This document shows positions 50,159 through 63,109 of a stretch of DNA of 64,000 nt, in pieces. Each line of letters begins with the position of its first letter. The stretch's first letter is position 1. Source of the stretch: Octopus vulgaris (taxonomy: Eukaryota); contig OX597833.1 of the NCBI GenBank assembly GCA_951406725.2, forward strand, positions 7,130,001 to 7,194,000, written 5' to 3'. Both the position numbers and the translations under genes were made by a program. The notes beneath the pieces were generated by a model, which saw only the letters and a list, made by a program, of their open reading frames with translations, had not been told where the DNA came from and did no database searches.

Positions 50159-50747
50159 ATGGACATTAAATAAGAACAGTAATAAACGAGTGAATATATA
50201 TATCTGTGTGTGAGTGTGTATTTTGTATGTATGTGTGTTTATTTGGCAATAAATAAATAAAATGACCATCCCTAAATACAACAACAATATCTGTTTAAAC
50301 ACACGATTTCACATCAGGAATTTTGCTCAACGAATTGATTAATGTGTGTGTGTATGTGTGTGTGTGTATGTGTCTACATATATATATATATGTGTGTGTG
50401 TGCGCGTGCATAAATATATATATATATATATATATAAATAAAGTATATTACTCTACCCCTGGTATTTGAGTACTCTTTTTTTCCATCTTGTTTCACATTT
50501 ATCTGTTTACTCCGGTATATATGTAATATATATATATAATATAAATAAATATATATATGTATATATATACACACACACATATATATATAGATACAAACAC
50601 ATACACACATATACATATACATACATACATACACACAGATACACACACACAATCTACTGACGTAAAAGTAGATCAGAAAAGTGGTCAGAGTTATCTACCG
50701 TGCAAGTGCTTCCGTCGTTTGGTGTCGCTGCTGTTCCAGTGAAAATA

Positions 50748-50819
50748 ATGGACGAAGGTGGATGGCGAGGTTTGCCCAAACTGCAAGAACTGTTTCGTCG
50801 GCAAAGACGGGGATCGGAG
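50748..50819 (+). CDS. STRIP1: STRIP1/FAM40-like exon 1
   Basis: MDEGGWRGLPKLQELFRRQRRGSE with a phase-0 donor gtgagc. Resembles the R.QR..SE segment that precedes SPDLEF in STRIP proteins. Confidence 0.8.
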
Positions 50820-51049
50820 GTGAGCAAGACACACCACACCACACCACACCTTTATATATACACTCCATTCACTTACTCACCACATATATCTATATCTATA
50901 CAGAAACAAGCACAGATATATCTATCTATCTCTGTATAATATATATAAATCGGTGTTTATTTGGAGAGATTCTTAATCGTTGAACGTCAAAACCCCGAAA
51001 ATGCTTCTTCCTTTTCTTGCCTTTTGTCTTTAATGCAGACTCACAGAGG

Positions 51050-51091
51050 CTATACATATACATACATACACACATATATATATACATACAT

Positions 51092-51157
<66 letters not shown>

Positions 51158-51235
51158 TATATATGAGGGTGATGGACTGTTTTTACATGCATATATGTGT
51201 GTGTGTATATATATATATGTGTGTGTGTGTATATA

Positions 51236-51284
<49 letters not shown>

Positions 51285-51473
51285 ATATATATGTGTGTGT
51301 GTATATATATATATATATGTGTGTATATATATATATATGTGTGTGTATATATATATATGTGTGTGTATATATATATATATATGTGTGTATATATATATAT
51401 ATGTGTGTGTATATATATATATGTGTGTGTATATATATATATGTGTGTGTATATATATATATATATGTGTGTG

Positions 51474-51560
<87 letters not shown>

Positions 51561-51790
51561 GTGTGTGTATATATATATATGTGTGTGTATATATATATAT
51601 ATGTGTGTGTATATATATATATATATGTGTGTGTATATATATATATGTGTGTGTATATATATGTGTGTGTGTGTGTGTATATATATATATGTGTGTGTGT
51701 ATATATATATATATGTGTGTGTATATATATATATATGTGTGTGTGTGTGAGTATATATATATGTGTGTGTGTGTTGTGTGTATACACATG
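51050..51790. repeat. Compound (TA)n/(TG)n microsatellite
   Basis: Seen directly; source of the long Y/I/C/V ORFs. Confidence 0.95.
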
Positions 51791-52162
51791 TGTGTATATT
51801 TTTGTGTGGGCGGGTATATACACACCCATACGCACGTATGTCTATATATGTGTATAGATAAGATGTATAGAAATTTCATCGACAGATGTCTTTAAGTTCA
51901 TGTATTTATTGAACTTCCTCTCTTTTCAATGTGTATATCATGATATCTATTTTGTGTGTGTGTATATATATATATATATAATTGTTTATGTGACTATATA
52001 ATTTGTCTTTCTCATCTGTCAAGTCATCCGCCTTTCCTGTTAAACATCTATTTATCCTTAGTATGCCTGTCTCTCTCTCTCACTCTGTCTTAATCAGTTT
52101 TCTTCCGTTTATATATATATATACCTACCTATCTATCTGTCAACCCTTTTCTCTCTTTGTGT

Positions 52163-52240
<78 letters not shown>

Positions 52241-52584
52241 ACCTACCTACCTACCTACCTATCTATCAACCCTTATCTCTCTTTGTGTCTATCAATCTCT
52301 CTCTCTCTCTCTTTATTTATATATATATACCCAACTCTCGTATCTTTGTGCTTTTATATGTATATCTGTGAATCCATTCACGCGTCAACCCATCCATCTC
52401 TACCTCCATCACAACGATGCTAATGATGATTAGAGAAACGTACGATGGTCACAACGCCCTATATTTCTACCCCCGGAAGTTCATCATGTTTTAATCGAAG
52501 GCCCTTAAAAAAAAATAACAAAACAAAAACTCAACATGTCGATTCGTTATTCAATCCATTTGTCTCTTGTGTCTTTCTTTTTAG

Positions 52585-52654
52585 ACGATCAACGAATCCC
52601 CAGATTTAGAGTTTTCTTATGGAGATTCGGATTTCTATGAAAATGAAATCTCAG
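52585..52654 (+). CDS. STRIP1: STRIP1/FAM40-like exon 2 (GC donor)
   Basis: TINESPDLEFSYGDSDFYENEIS, matching the STRIP motif SPDLEF.Y.D.D....E.S. Ends CAG|gcgagt. Confidence 0.88.
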
Positions 52655-53774
52655 GCGAGTGTTCTTTTTACTTCCTTTATTTTGTACGATGAAGAATTGG
52701 TGGTTGTGGTGGGATTGGTGAATTCCTTGGGAGGGGAAAGGATCGGGAGGAGTCATCGATTTCAAGTAAATAAGACTAGAAATGAGAAGAAAAGTTGGGT
52801 CCGTCGAGTGTGTTTAACCCTTTTCTTAATATATTTGTGTTGAAATCCACTGCTTTTGTTTGAATTAAATTTGAAAATAAATGAAGAATTTAGTGAAATG
52901 ACTTTTGTTCTTTTGAAGTTGATGTTTGGAACATCAATCAACATGGAATTTGGATGGAAAGTTTGAATTTAGATCACTTTAAACTGGACGTTTGTAGCAT
53001 AGAACAGGCATTCTGTCAGTTCCAGTTGGTCCAGTTAATGGAACAGCCTGCTTGTGAAAATAACATACAAGTGGCTGAGTACTCCACAGACACGTGTTCC
53101 CTAATAGTTTCAGCATAACGCCAAATGTGACAGCTGAGTGGACTGGAGCAATATGAAATAAAGTATGTTGCTCAAGGACACACTGCCCTGTCAGGAATTG
53201 AACTCACAACCGGAAGACTGTGAGCCAGATGCCCAAACTATTAAGCCAAGTGTCTTCTATAGAACCAGGGAGGGTCTCGGGGAGGGTCAGCAACAAAAGG
53301 AGTAAGGATATAATGCTTGTAGCATTATCAGAAGTTTGTTCCCCCTTTTTTTTTTTGGTGGGGGCTGGAATTTTTTTGAGAAAGTTGGGATAATTTCAAA
53401 TATATAACATATCCCTATTTTAACTCTGTTATTCCTTTGGTGCTTTCTGTAAAGTGGTTGGCACAGGAAGGGCATCCAACCATAGACACCACGCCAGAAC
53501 AGCTCCTGTCAAACCATCCAACCCATTCCAGCATGGAAACAGACATTAAACAATGATGTATATAATTTTGTTGAAAATCTCTTTTTATATTTGTTTTTCT
53601 TTTTTTTCTAATTTGTATTTCTAACAGTTTAATTTTATAATTAAAAAATATCTGGGTAGATTTGGTAAGGCTATGGGGAGTACTGTTTACCTTTCTTAGA
53701 CCAAATAAGTAATAACAAAAAAAAAAAAGGGTACTTGTTTTGTCCTCTCTGATGATTCTCTTTATCTCTTTCAG

Positions 53775-53849
53775 AACTTTATTGTTACACTGAGGAACCA
53801 GAATTTCAACAAAACCTCAGAGCCTTTGAAGACACATTTGCATCTAAGG
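53775..53849 (+). CDS. STRIP1: STRIP1/FAM40-like exon 3
   Basis: ELYCYTEEPEFQQNLRAFEDTFASK, matching the STRIP motif ELYSYTE.PEF..N...FE. Confidence 0.92.
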
Positions 53850-55390
53850 GTAATTATTTTCAGTGTGGTGTGTGGAGAGTCTTGGCTACGAATGTTTATG
53901 TATGTGTACGTCATGGTATCATGGTGTTGATCAGACTATCAAGTGTTGTTACACATCGCTGGTCACAGTGTGCTTTACATTGTTTTCGCCTTCAAATGAT
54001 GCCACCCTGCTGGCTGGGGGAGCAGGCCAACATTCCTCCCCGGTCAGAAAGCTATTCTATTTTACAGCTGAGTGGACTGGAGCAACGTGAAATAAAGTGT
54101 GTTGCTCAAGAATGCAATGTACTGTCTGGTCTGGGAATCAAACCCACGATCTTGCAGTTGTGAGTACAACACCCTAACCTCCAGGTCACACACCTTTCTC
54201 TGTGTGTGTGTGCATTTATTTGATTTGTTTGTTACAGTATTTCTATAGAATACTCTGCCATTCTTTCCAGTAATTTTGAAGGATTTAGTAAAATAAATTT
54301 GTTATTAGTAAGCTGGTGTTTGGAACATAAAATTAGCTTGGAGTTTTGACGGGAGTCTTTAGTTTTGATGCCTTCAAAGCAGAAATTTTGTATCATAGAC
54401 CCTGGGGCCACCTTGTTTAGGTTGGAACAAAAAAGATTGTCTTTGAAAGTACAGAGTTACTGGTCAAAGTAATTTACAGAAGTGTCAAAAAATATCACCA
54501 CCCATAATTGAATGCTTCGTCATGAATGTAAATATTCATCCAGACACACACACACACACACACGTGTCATCCTCATCATTTCAATGTCTGCTTCTCCATG
54601 CTTGCACGGATCAGATGAGCTTCACTGAGATTGATTTTCTGTGGCTGAATGCTTTTCCTGTCACCAACCTTCACTTGTTTTCTAGTTTGGTAATATTTCT
54701 CGTAGTCTTTTAACACAGAGGATTGTGTGTATGTATACATATATATACATACATACATGCACATATACACATATATGTACAAACCCCTCTTGGGCCAAAA
54801 ATTACATTGAAGAACATCCTTGAATCTTTCTAAGCTGATGACACCATAACTGATGAGTGAAATGCAATCTTCCTTCTCCAGTAAAACTTTTTGGATTAAA
54901 TCATGAATTAAAATTTATTCAGTGAAATTTATTTATATTTTTATATGAAAACTTTCAGTAAAATGTCATTCTGTTTTTTTTTGTTTGTGTGTGTAAAACT
55001 CATTTTGTGAACACATAATTAAATATTTTTACAGTAGAAAACTTTTTATGAAAACCTTGTTTTGTATTTATTTATATATATAGATATATAATACCTCTCT
55101 CTCTCTGTCCATCCATCCGCACACTAATCCACCCATTCATCCATCCCTCTATATATATATGTATGTGTATGTTTATATATACATGTGTGTGTGTATGTAT
55201 ATGTGTGTGTGTTTATATATATGTGTATATATATGTGTGTGTGTATATATATGTGTGTGTGTTTATATACATGCATGTGTATATATAAATATATATATAG
55301 TGTGTGTGTGTGTTCATGTATGTATGTATCTATGGATATACTTGTATTTATCTCAAGCAAATAACATTTCCCTTCTCTCACCTTTTCAAG

Positions 55391-55522
55391 GTTATGAACA
55401 ATGGTCCAGTTCGACTGAATCTCAGCAGAAAAGATTTCTGGTGTTCTTGCAAAATGAACTGGAAATGGCAGACGCTGAGAGAAGGATGGCAGCCATACAG
55501 TCAGTCCTTTATCTTGTGCAAG
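55391..55522 (+). CDS. STRIP1: STRIP1/FAM40-like exon 4
   Basis: GYEQWSSSTESQQKRFLVFLQNELEMADAERRMAAIQSVLYLVQ, phase 1-1. Confidence 0.9.
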
Positions 55523-56536
55523 GTTTGTCGATTTTTCATCTTTATGCACACTTACCATCCACACACACCCCTACACACACATGTCAACTGTCACAACCTA
55601 ATTCTGACCACACAAATGACCAATGCTATCCTGTTTTCTGTAATATAGCAACAAGACAACATGGGGCCTCCTACGCGGTTGCTACCAAAACTCCCTCAGA
55701 TTATGCCCCCTGTAGCTGGAAACTGGTTTAGCATTAAGTAGTCCTAGATAACACTTTCTGTAATAAACAGGATGGTCTTTGGCCAGAGCAAAATTCCATT
55801 TCTATAATGGGAAACATTATAGAAAACAACAATAACTCTGTCCAAGGAAACCTTGGTAGGACCATTGTTGGTTCTGTTCTTAGAATGGTTGGCGGTGGTG
55901 GTGGAAGAGGGGTCAGTTTGAAAAGAAATTTGAAGAAACTTCTTTCATGCCAGTCCCCAACAATTGGTTGTGACATGAAGGAATTGAACCTACATCATTG
56001 GATTTTAAAATGACTTTGTACACCTCACGCTCCCTCAGATCACCACCTGCCATTCTTTCACTCTTTGAATGAAAATGATGGTGATCATGGCTGGAATTCT
56101 CTGTCTGCTAGATCATCAGGACTGAGCTGGTGCTAATTAACGACCTGACCAATATTCATTAAACTGTTTCTCATTTGGTCTAGTTACGTATATATTTGAT
56201 CATTCACTCCCAGAGTTTGACCATCAGACTCGGAATATTCTTTACTTTACCTGTGGTCAGGTGTGTCAAATTTCACTGTTGAGTGCACCTTTCGCTTGAC
56301 CACGTAAACCCTTAGTCTTGATCTTAATTATCCAGCCACATTCTGTTCAGATGCTGTAAGTCTTTCTCAGATGACCACAATTTTTTTTTTTTAATTTTAT
56401 TTTCTCATGTACTCAGATGATACAGGACAACATCCCTGACTCTTTTCCAGGGCCTCTTAGATTAGTGGGAAAAAGGGAACAAGGTATCCTCAAACCAGAG
56501 TCTTGGCCTGAATGCTTGCAACTGATGCTCCATTAA

Positions 56537-56630
56537 AACTGTTATCATTGGGAGTCACCAATGACTCCCAATGGTGTATTAAGATTACACCATGGGGAGT
56601 TGTGGGTGACTCCCCATGCTAGGGAAGTGT
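56537..56630. mobile_element. Tiny degenerate piggyBac-like MITE
   Basis: Flanked by TTAA (56533-56536, 56631-56634). Made of two inverted arms, each with a gggagtcac..tgactccc subterminal palindrome. Confidence 0.5.
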
Positions 56631-56924
56631 TTAATATTGTGTGATCCACATTTCCTCATGGGTGGGTTTTGTGTTCTATAACCCCTTTCAGTTTAGATTT
56701 GTTATCAAATGTTTTCCAGCCATGACCATCCTGTGTATTTAAAACTTGTTTGCCAAGTGTATCCTTCCAGTTTCAAGACACTAAAGGGTGATTTGAAAGA
56801 GTTCAGCTGTTATGATTAGCAAGTCTTGAGACCACGTAGATGCTTCCTTGTTCTGGTTGAGACAGTTGACACCTCTCACTTGCAGTGTTCTTTTTTCTTT
56901 CTGGATTTTTCTTTCCAGCCCATA

Positions 56925-57550
56925 TTATTATTATTATTATTGGTTGGCATCCTTTCTGTCTCGGGAGACAATGGAGTTGCGCATAAAATAGTCCAGTCCG
57001 GCTTTTACATTTCATGTCCTGATACATTTCCTGCTGTGGCTGTGTAGTCCTATCCTGGACAAACACTCCCTCTGGCAGGTACCGCAAATGTAGCGAAGAC
57101 TGTTCCTGGCTGGTTGTAATGTCATAGTTTCTTGTTGACGTCTCTTCCTTTCTTTCCATTTCTCCTCTCTCTCTCTGTCACTCCTTTGTATTCCCTCTTT
57201 TACTGTACGTCACCATTCTCCACGGTTGCCGGCAATTGCCTCCCAACCGCTAATATTGATGTTGCAGGCCTTCATGTCCCTTTTGCAAACATCCTTGTAA
57301 CGTAAGATCGGTCTACCCACAGACCTAGTACCCCTAGCAAGCTCTCCGTAGAGTATGTCCTTGGGGATTCTGCCATCTTGCTTACAGCTAACATGCCCAA
57401 ACCATCTCATACGTCTTTGTGTGAGGAGTGCAAACATGCTTGGTATTCCTGCTTGCCTGAGGACATCTTTGTTAGGGATATGATTCTGCCAAGAGCGTCG
57501 CCTAAACATCTTTCACCTGCGCTGCCTCCGAAAAATCCTCCGCATCAAAT
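56925..57550 (-). mobile_element. RTE-clade LINE 3' fragment
   Basis: WQNHIPNKDVLRQAGIPSMFALLTQRRMRWFGHV...DGRIPKDILYGEL..G.RSVGRP.LRYKDVCKRDMK, with a (TAA)n tail at ~56925-56940. Confidence 0.85.
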
Positions 57551-57560
57551 GGCAGAATCA

Positions 57561-57602
<42 letters not shown>

Positions 57603-57644
57603 CACCATATCACAATTCTATTCCTCTTCCATTTCTCTTTTCAG

Positions 57645-57765
57645 GAGTATTTTCCGAGTGTGACACTGAAGACCACCAGGAGTACTGGGCCAAGAGAAAT
57701 GTGTTTCTTATTTATGAGATGGGTCTATTCACTTCTTGTGTCCACCTCCTTCACTTAGAAATGGA
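57645..57765 (+). CDS. STRIP1: STRIP1/FAM40-like exon 5
   Basis: GVFSECDTEDHQEYWAKRNVFLIYEMGLFTSCVHLLHLEM, donor gtaagt. Confidence 0.92.
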
Positions 57766-57986
57766 GTAAGTCTACCTTAGCCACTGTTGTTCTTGTTCTT
57801 GTTTAGACTCCCAACTCAGCCCACAGTCCACTACATCTACAACCAGCTCATATTTCTTTCCTTTCATTTAAAGGGTTGGGTACAATTTGATGAAGATTTG
57901 ACAGCTGGCTGCTATTTCTTGCAGGTTGAGTGACTGCATAGAAGCTGTATCGTATGCATAAATAGTTATATATATATATATATATA

Positions 57987-59323
57987 GTTATGAAATGAAA
58001 AAAGGGGGTCGAATTAATTAATTATTAATAAATTCGCCCAAGCAGTATTCGGTATGTAAAGACCATTTACGGTATATTTGAAGTATTAATTTATAAAAAT
58101 ATGGTAAAGTAAAAGAATTCACTTTACCACACACCAAACTTTTCAGAAATAGCAGCCAAAAATTTGGCTATTTCTTCAACTGCAAATAAAAGTCTCCAGA
58201 CAATGCATACTCAGAAAAATAACTCACATAGGAATAAGGGAAAAACAATGAAAGATCACATCCATATACGATACCCGAGGACAGTCTGTTTCTGGATTTG
58301 TGGGTAAAACGCCACTTTTCCTTCATCAGCTCAGAGATTTCTTCTGATTTAGATTTGAAAATACTAAGAATCAAACATACCCGTCCGATATCTGTAACAT
58401 CGGACAAACCATGCCAGACACCCAGTACTAGCGAATCCAAAAATACGAATGAGATCTATTATTCTCCCTGTCCACCCACGTGAGTCATAGAGCATTCCAT
58501 TTCTACAGAGGTAAAAACTGCAGTTCAAATTCTTGGAGAGAAAGTTTTATATTGTTATGAAATGAAAAAAGGGGGTCGAATTAATTAATTATTAATAAAT
58601 TCGCCCAAGCAGTATTCGGTATGTAAAGACCATTTACGGTATATTTGAAGTATTAATTTATAAAAATATGGTAAAGTAAAAGAATTCACTTTACCACACA
58701 CCGAACTTTTCAGAAATAGCAGCCAAAAATTTGGCTATTTCTTCAACTGCAAATAAAAGTCTCCAGACAATGCATACTCAGAAAAATAACTCACATAGGA
58801 ATAAGGAAAAACAATGAAAGATCACATCCATATACGATACCCGAGGACAGTCTGTTTCTGGATTTGTGGGTAAAACGCCACTTTTCCTTCATCAGCTCAG
58901 AGATTTCTTCTGATTTATGACTCACGTGGGCGGACAGGGAGAATAATAGATCTCATTCGTATTTTTGGATTCGCTAGTACTGGGTGTCTGGCATGGTTTG
59001 TCCGATGTTACAGATATCGGACGGGTATGTTTGATTCTTAGTATTTTCAAATCTAAATCAGAAGAAATCTCTGAGCTGATGAAGGAAAAGTGGCGTTTTA
59101 CCCACAAATCCAGAAACAGACTGTCCTCGGGTATCGTATATGGATGTGATCTTTCATTGTTTTCCCTTATTCCTATGTGAGTTATTTTTCTGAGTATGCA
59201 TTGTCTGGAGACTTTTATTTGCAGTTGAAGAAATAGCCAAATTTTTGGCTGCTATTTCTGAAAAGTTCGGTGTGTGGTAAAGTGAATTCTTTTACTTTTA
59301 CCATATTTTTATAAATTAATACT
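57987..59323. mobile_element. Hammerhead-bearing element: 567-bp unit, partial tandem copy and inverted copy, inside (TA)n
   Basis: Unit 57987-58553, direct partial copy 58554-58917, inverted copy 58917-59323. Hammerheads at 58275-58334(-), 58841-58900(-) and 59071-59130(+). Confidence 0.85.
59071..59130 (+). ncRNA. Type-I hammerhead motif, sense to STRIP intron 5
   Basis: cugag CUGAUGA a gga-aaa-gugg-cguuuuac-ccac-aaa-ucc a GAAA cag-a-cug UC cucgg. The canonical GUC triplet ends at 59125. Confidence 0.8.
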
Positions 59324-59612
59324 TTATATATATATATATATATAGCTATATATACATGAAAATATGAATACTAATAAAATAATATTCAGCAAGAATAAAG
59401 CCCCATTTAGGTTGAATTAGAAATATATAAAGCAGGTGTGCATGAAGTATGATCATTGCTAGAAATAGCAGCCAGCAAGTTTATGGCACTATGTAGAGCT
59501 TCACTGAATATTTACAGGCAGAGATATGTGCAGGTGGTGAATATAGGAAAATTCTGTCATACCTCTACGGAGACCGTTAGAGGAATAAAGGACAGCTCAT
59601 AGCGCCATAAAC

Positions 59613-59649
<37 letters not shown>

Positions 59650-60290
59650 ATATATAGGAACAACATTTTGTATTCAGACTTGAAACCATATCACTGATGG
59701 ATTTAAATGAATATCTTACACCTCTTTGTTCAGTAAAACCTTTCCTTCCCTTCAACTCCCGTCTCTCCTCACCACCTCACCATCTTCAACTCTTTTCAAT
59801 CTTTTTCTTTCTCCCTCCCTCAGCCACCTTCTCTCTCCTACTACTGGCTCTTTATGTATGAAGTGTACCTTGTTTTGTGTTCCCCATCAGTTACAGCCAA
59901 TTTCTCAAATATATGGGATGCAAAACTTTTTTTTTATTATTAATTTCCTCCCATCAATTTTACCCCGAAGAACGACTCTAATTAAAATGTTGGCTATTCC
60001 TCTCCTGATGGCAATGCTACTTTTCACTTTCTCTCAATTGTTTCAAATAATATAAGTCATACTAAACCATACCAGCTTCAATCTCCTTTGATTTTCTTTT
60101 ACATTATACACGAATATCTATATGAAGCAGTATGGTATAGCTTTGATAAGGAGTAGAATGATATAAAATTTCTTTATATGTTTGTATATTATATATATGT
60201 ATACTTACCTGTGTTATTTATCTTTATATTAATACATTTTTGTTTATATATATATTGTATTATTGATGTTGTTGTTGTTTTCTTTTGCAG

Positions 60291-60359
60291 TAACAAAGCT
60301 GTGGCCACGGCTGCTCAAAGGAAACCTTGTCTGTCTATTGCTGATTGTAAAGAGCTCAG
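60291..60359 (+). CDS. STRIP1: STRIP1/FAM40-like exon 6
   Basis: DNKAVATAAQRKPCLSIADCKELR, matching the STRIP motif A.RKP..S.AD...LR. Phase 2-2. Confidence 0.92.
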
Positions 60360-62254
60360 GTTTGTCCTTCCACCTCTCCTTCATTCTATTCTGCCTCTCC
60401 CCACATTTACCCTTATATGTTAGCATTGCCTACCAACATCACTATTGCTCTCCTCCTTCTATATCCTGCTTATCATCATCATCGTCTTTAGTTGCAGTAA
60501 GTTTATTTCCTTCGTATCCTCTTTCTTTTGCTGCTATGGTCAAGTACAGCATCTCTTTTCATCTTTGTTCTGCTTTATCATTTCGTCTGTAAGGCCCTGA
60601 AGTCTTTAGTATCTATCTGTAGGCGCAGGTGTGGTTGTGTGGTAAGAAGCTTGCTTCCCAACCACATGGTTCCAGGTTCAGTCTCATTGCATGGAACCTC
60701 GGACAAGTGTCTTCTGCAAAGCCTCAGCTAGACTAAAGACTTGTGAATCGATTTGGTTGGCAGAAACTGAAAGAAGCCCTGTCGTGTGTGTTTGTGTCTG
60801 TGTTTACATCCCTGTAATTTACCGGTTCAACAAAAGTTCCAGGCTTAAAAAAAATGTGTGTTCTGTCGCTCATTCATTTGACTAAAACTTTTTCAAGGTG
60901 TTAAAAGCACTATCCAAACGTGATTGATGCCAGTGCCTCCTGACTGGCACCTGTGCCGGTGGCACATAAAAAGCACCCACTACACTCTCAGAGTGGTTGG
61001 CATTAGGAAGGGCATCCAGCTGTAGAAACATTGCTAGATCAGATTGGAGCCTGGTGCATCTGCTGGCTCTCCAGACCTCAGTCAAACCGTCCAACTCATG
61101 CCAGTATGGAAAATGGACATTAAACGATGATGATGATGATATGGCTGTGTGGTTAAGAAGAAGCTTGCTTTCAACCATGTGATTCTGAGTTCAGTCTCAC
61201 TGCCCAGCACCTTAAAATATTTTCTCGTCTCGGCTGGCCCCCGTGCCGGTGACACGTAAAAGCACCGTCCGTTTGTGTCCGTTGCCAGCATCGCCTGGCC
61301 CCGTGCCGGTGACACGTAAAAGCACCATCCGTTCGTGGCCGTTTGCCAGCTCTGTCTGGCACCTGTGCAGGTGGCACGTAAAAAACACCCACTACACTCG
61401 CGGAGTGGTTGGCGTTAGGAAGGGCATCCAGCCGTAGAAACACTGCTAAATCTGACTGGGCCTGATGAAGCCTTCCAGCTTCACAGACCCCAGTTGACCC
61501 GTCCAACCCATGCTAGCATGGAAAGCGGACGCTAAATGATGATGATGATGACAGTCCTAGACTGACATAATTCTTATGGGTGGATATCAGAGATGGAAAG
61601 TGAAAGAAGCCTGTCGCAAATAGATAGTTTCTGTTGATTTTCTATAAGGAAGCAATGACTTCAGGGTTTTCTGTCTTGTACCTGATGCTCCTGATGGCCA
61701 AGTAGCTTGGAATGTATTCTTTGCTCTCCAGAGGGTGCCCTGAGATGACTGTTAGTGTTTTGACACCATTGCCTGAGGAGGGAATTTTCTTCAAGACAAA
61801 CTGCGGTGATAATGGCCTTTTCACAAGTCAAATATTTCACAAACATAATTGAACTGATCTTAAAGTTTGTTTAGTATTTACATTGTGTCTGTCTGTGTGT
61901 CTACTTGTCCTGACATCAGGTGATTGTAGTAAATGACTGTCGTTTGTTAAACGAGCATTGTCATATGATTCCAGTCTTCCATGAAGAACATGTCTGCCAA
62001 AGGGGGAAATATTGCTTTGCTTCGAATCAGGTGAGGCTTGGCAACAAATGAAGAATCTGGCTGTAGAAAATCTGCCTCAAACAATTTCTGTCTGACCCAT
62101 TCAAGCACTTGGAAGATGACATTGAAACAATGACAATGATGTACAAGTATGTATGTGTGTACTGACCACCTTTCCCCACTTCTCCCCCTCTCTCTCTCAC
62201 AGTCTCTCTCTCAATCTCTCTCACAGTCTCTCTCTATCTCTCTCTTTCTTACAG

Positions 62255-62355
62255 GATCATTCTCAATGTTCTGTACACTGTTGTTGAAACCATGAGATGT
62301 GTTGAAGAAACTGAAGAAGAGAAAAAGTTGAAGAACCAGTTCAAAGCAGAATTAA
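62255..62355 (+). CDS. STRIP1: STRIP1/FAM40-like exon 7
   Basis: IILNVLYTVVETMRCVEETEEEKKLKNQFKAEL, donor gtaagc. Confidence 0.92.
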
Positions 62356-62561
62356 GTAAGCCTTGGTTTTGTTGCTTGCTTTCACACATTCCCACATTCC
62401 CACACATTCCCACACGCCCACACATTCCCACACACCCACACATTCCCACACATCCATACATCCCCATACTTACCTATTCACTAATTCACACCACACACAC
62501 TCACTCACATCATCGAATCGACTCGTATCACACAGCCACTCCTTGCACACCATTATACATA

Positions 62562-62796
62562 CAGGGTGGCCCAAATGTAGGTTCACAGTTATCACTTAGG
62601 CACTTTAAAATTCTTTTAAAACATTTTATTACATTTAAATTCCTATCTTACAAACTGAAAAGGGAGCTTGACAAAATTAACTAAATTAGCATAGAATAAT
62701 GGCTTCATATATTTTTATAATTAAAATCTAAACTGTTGATATATGAATGTGAAAGAGATAGCTTGATAAATGTAAACCTACTTTTGGGCCACCTTG
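62562..62796. mobile_element. Tc1/mariner-type MITE
   Basis: TA|CAGGGTGGCCCAAATGTAGGTTCACA ... TGTAAACCTACTTTTGGGCCACCTTG|TA: ~26-bp TIRs with a TA TSD. Confidence 0.85.
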
Positions 62797-63109
62797 TATG
62801 TGTATATATGTATATATATTTGATAGAATCTCCCATTGAAGGTGATGTATGAGTGTTCAGTTCTTGCTGAATGACTTCCACAAATGATTTGTTTATAGCA
62901 ATCAAATGTTTGTGCTGTGTTTTGTCCCGCTTCAAATTGATGTCACCTGGACAGGTGCACCAGGTGTCAGAGTGATTGCAGAGAAATAGAGAAATGGGAG
63001 ATGAAGTGTTTCACTCAACAACACAAGGCAGCATCTGGCCCAGAAATTGAAACCACAATCTTATGATCTTGAGTGCAACACCGTAACCACTGGGCCATGC
63101 ACCCTTTCA

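Noticed and set aside
43033-50748. Bidirectional promoter shared by MBD4 and STRIP
   Set aside because: The start codons are 7.7 kb apart and separated by repeats; only the divergent orientation is supported.
50961-51895. Long ORFs of 200-300 aa (also 63047-63978 and 49410-49754)
   Set aside because: They are translations of di- or trinucleotide microsatellites that lack stop codons.
53748-53778. CTGATGA near STRIP exon 3
   Set aside because: No stem II or GAAA follows; this is the branch/polypyrimidine region of the splice acceptor.
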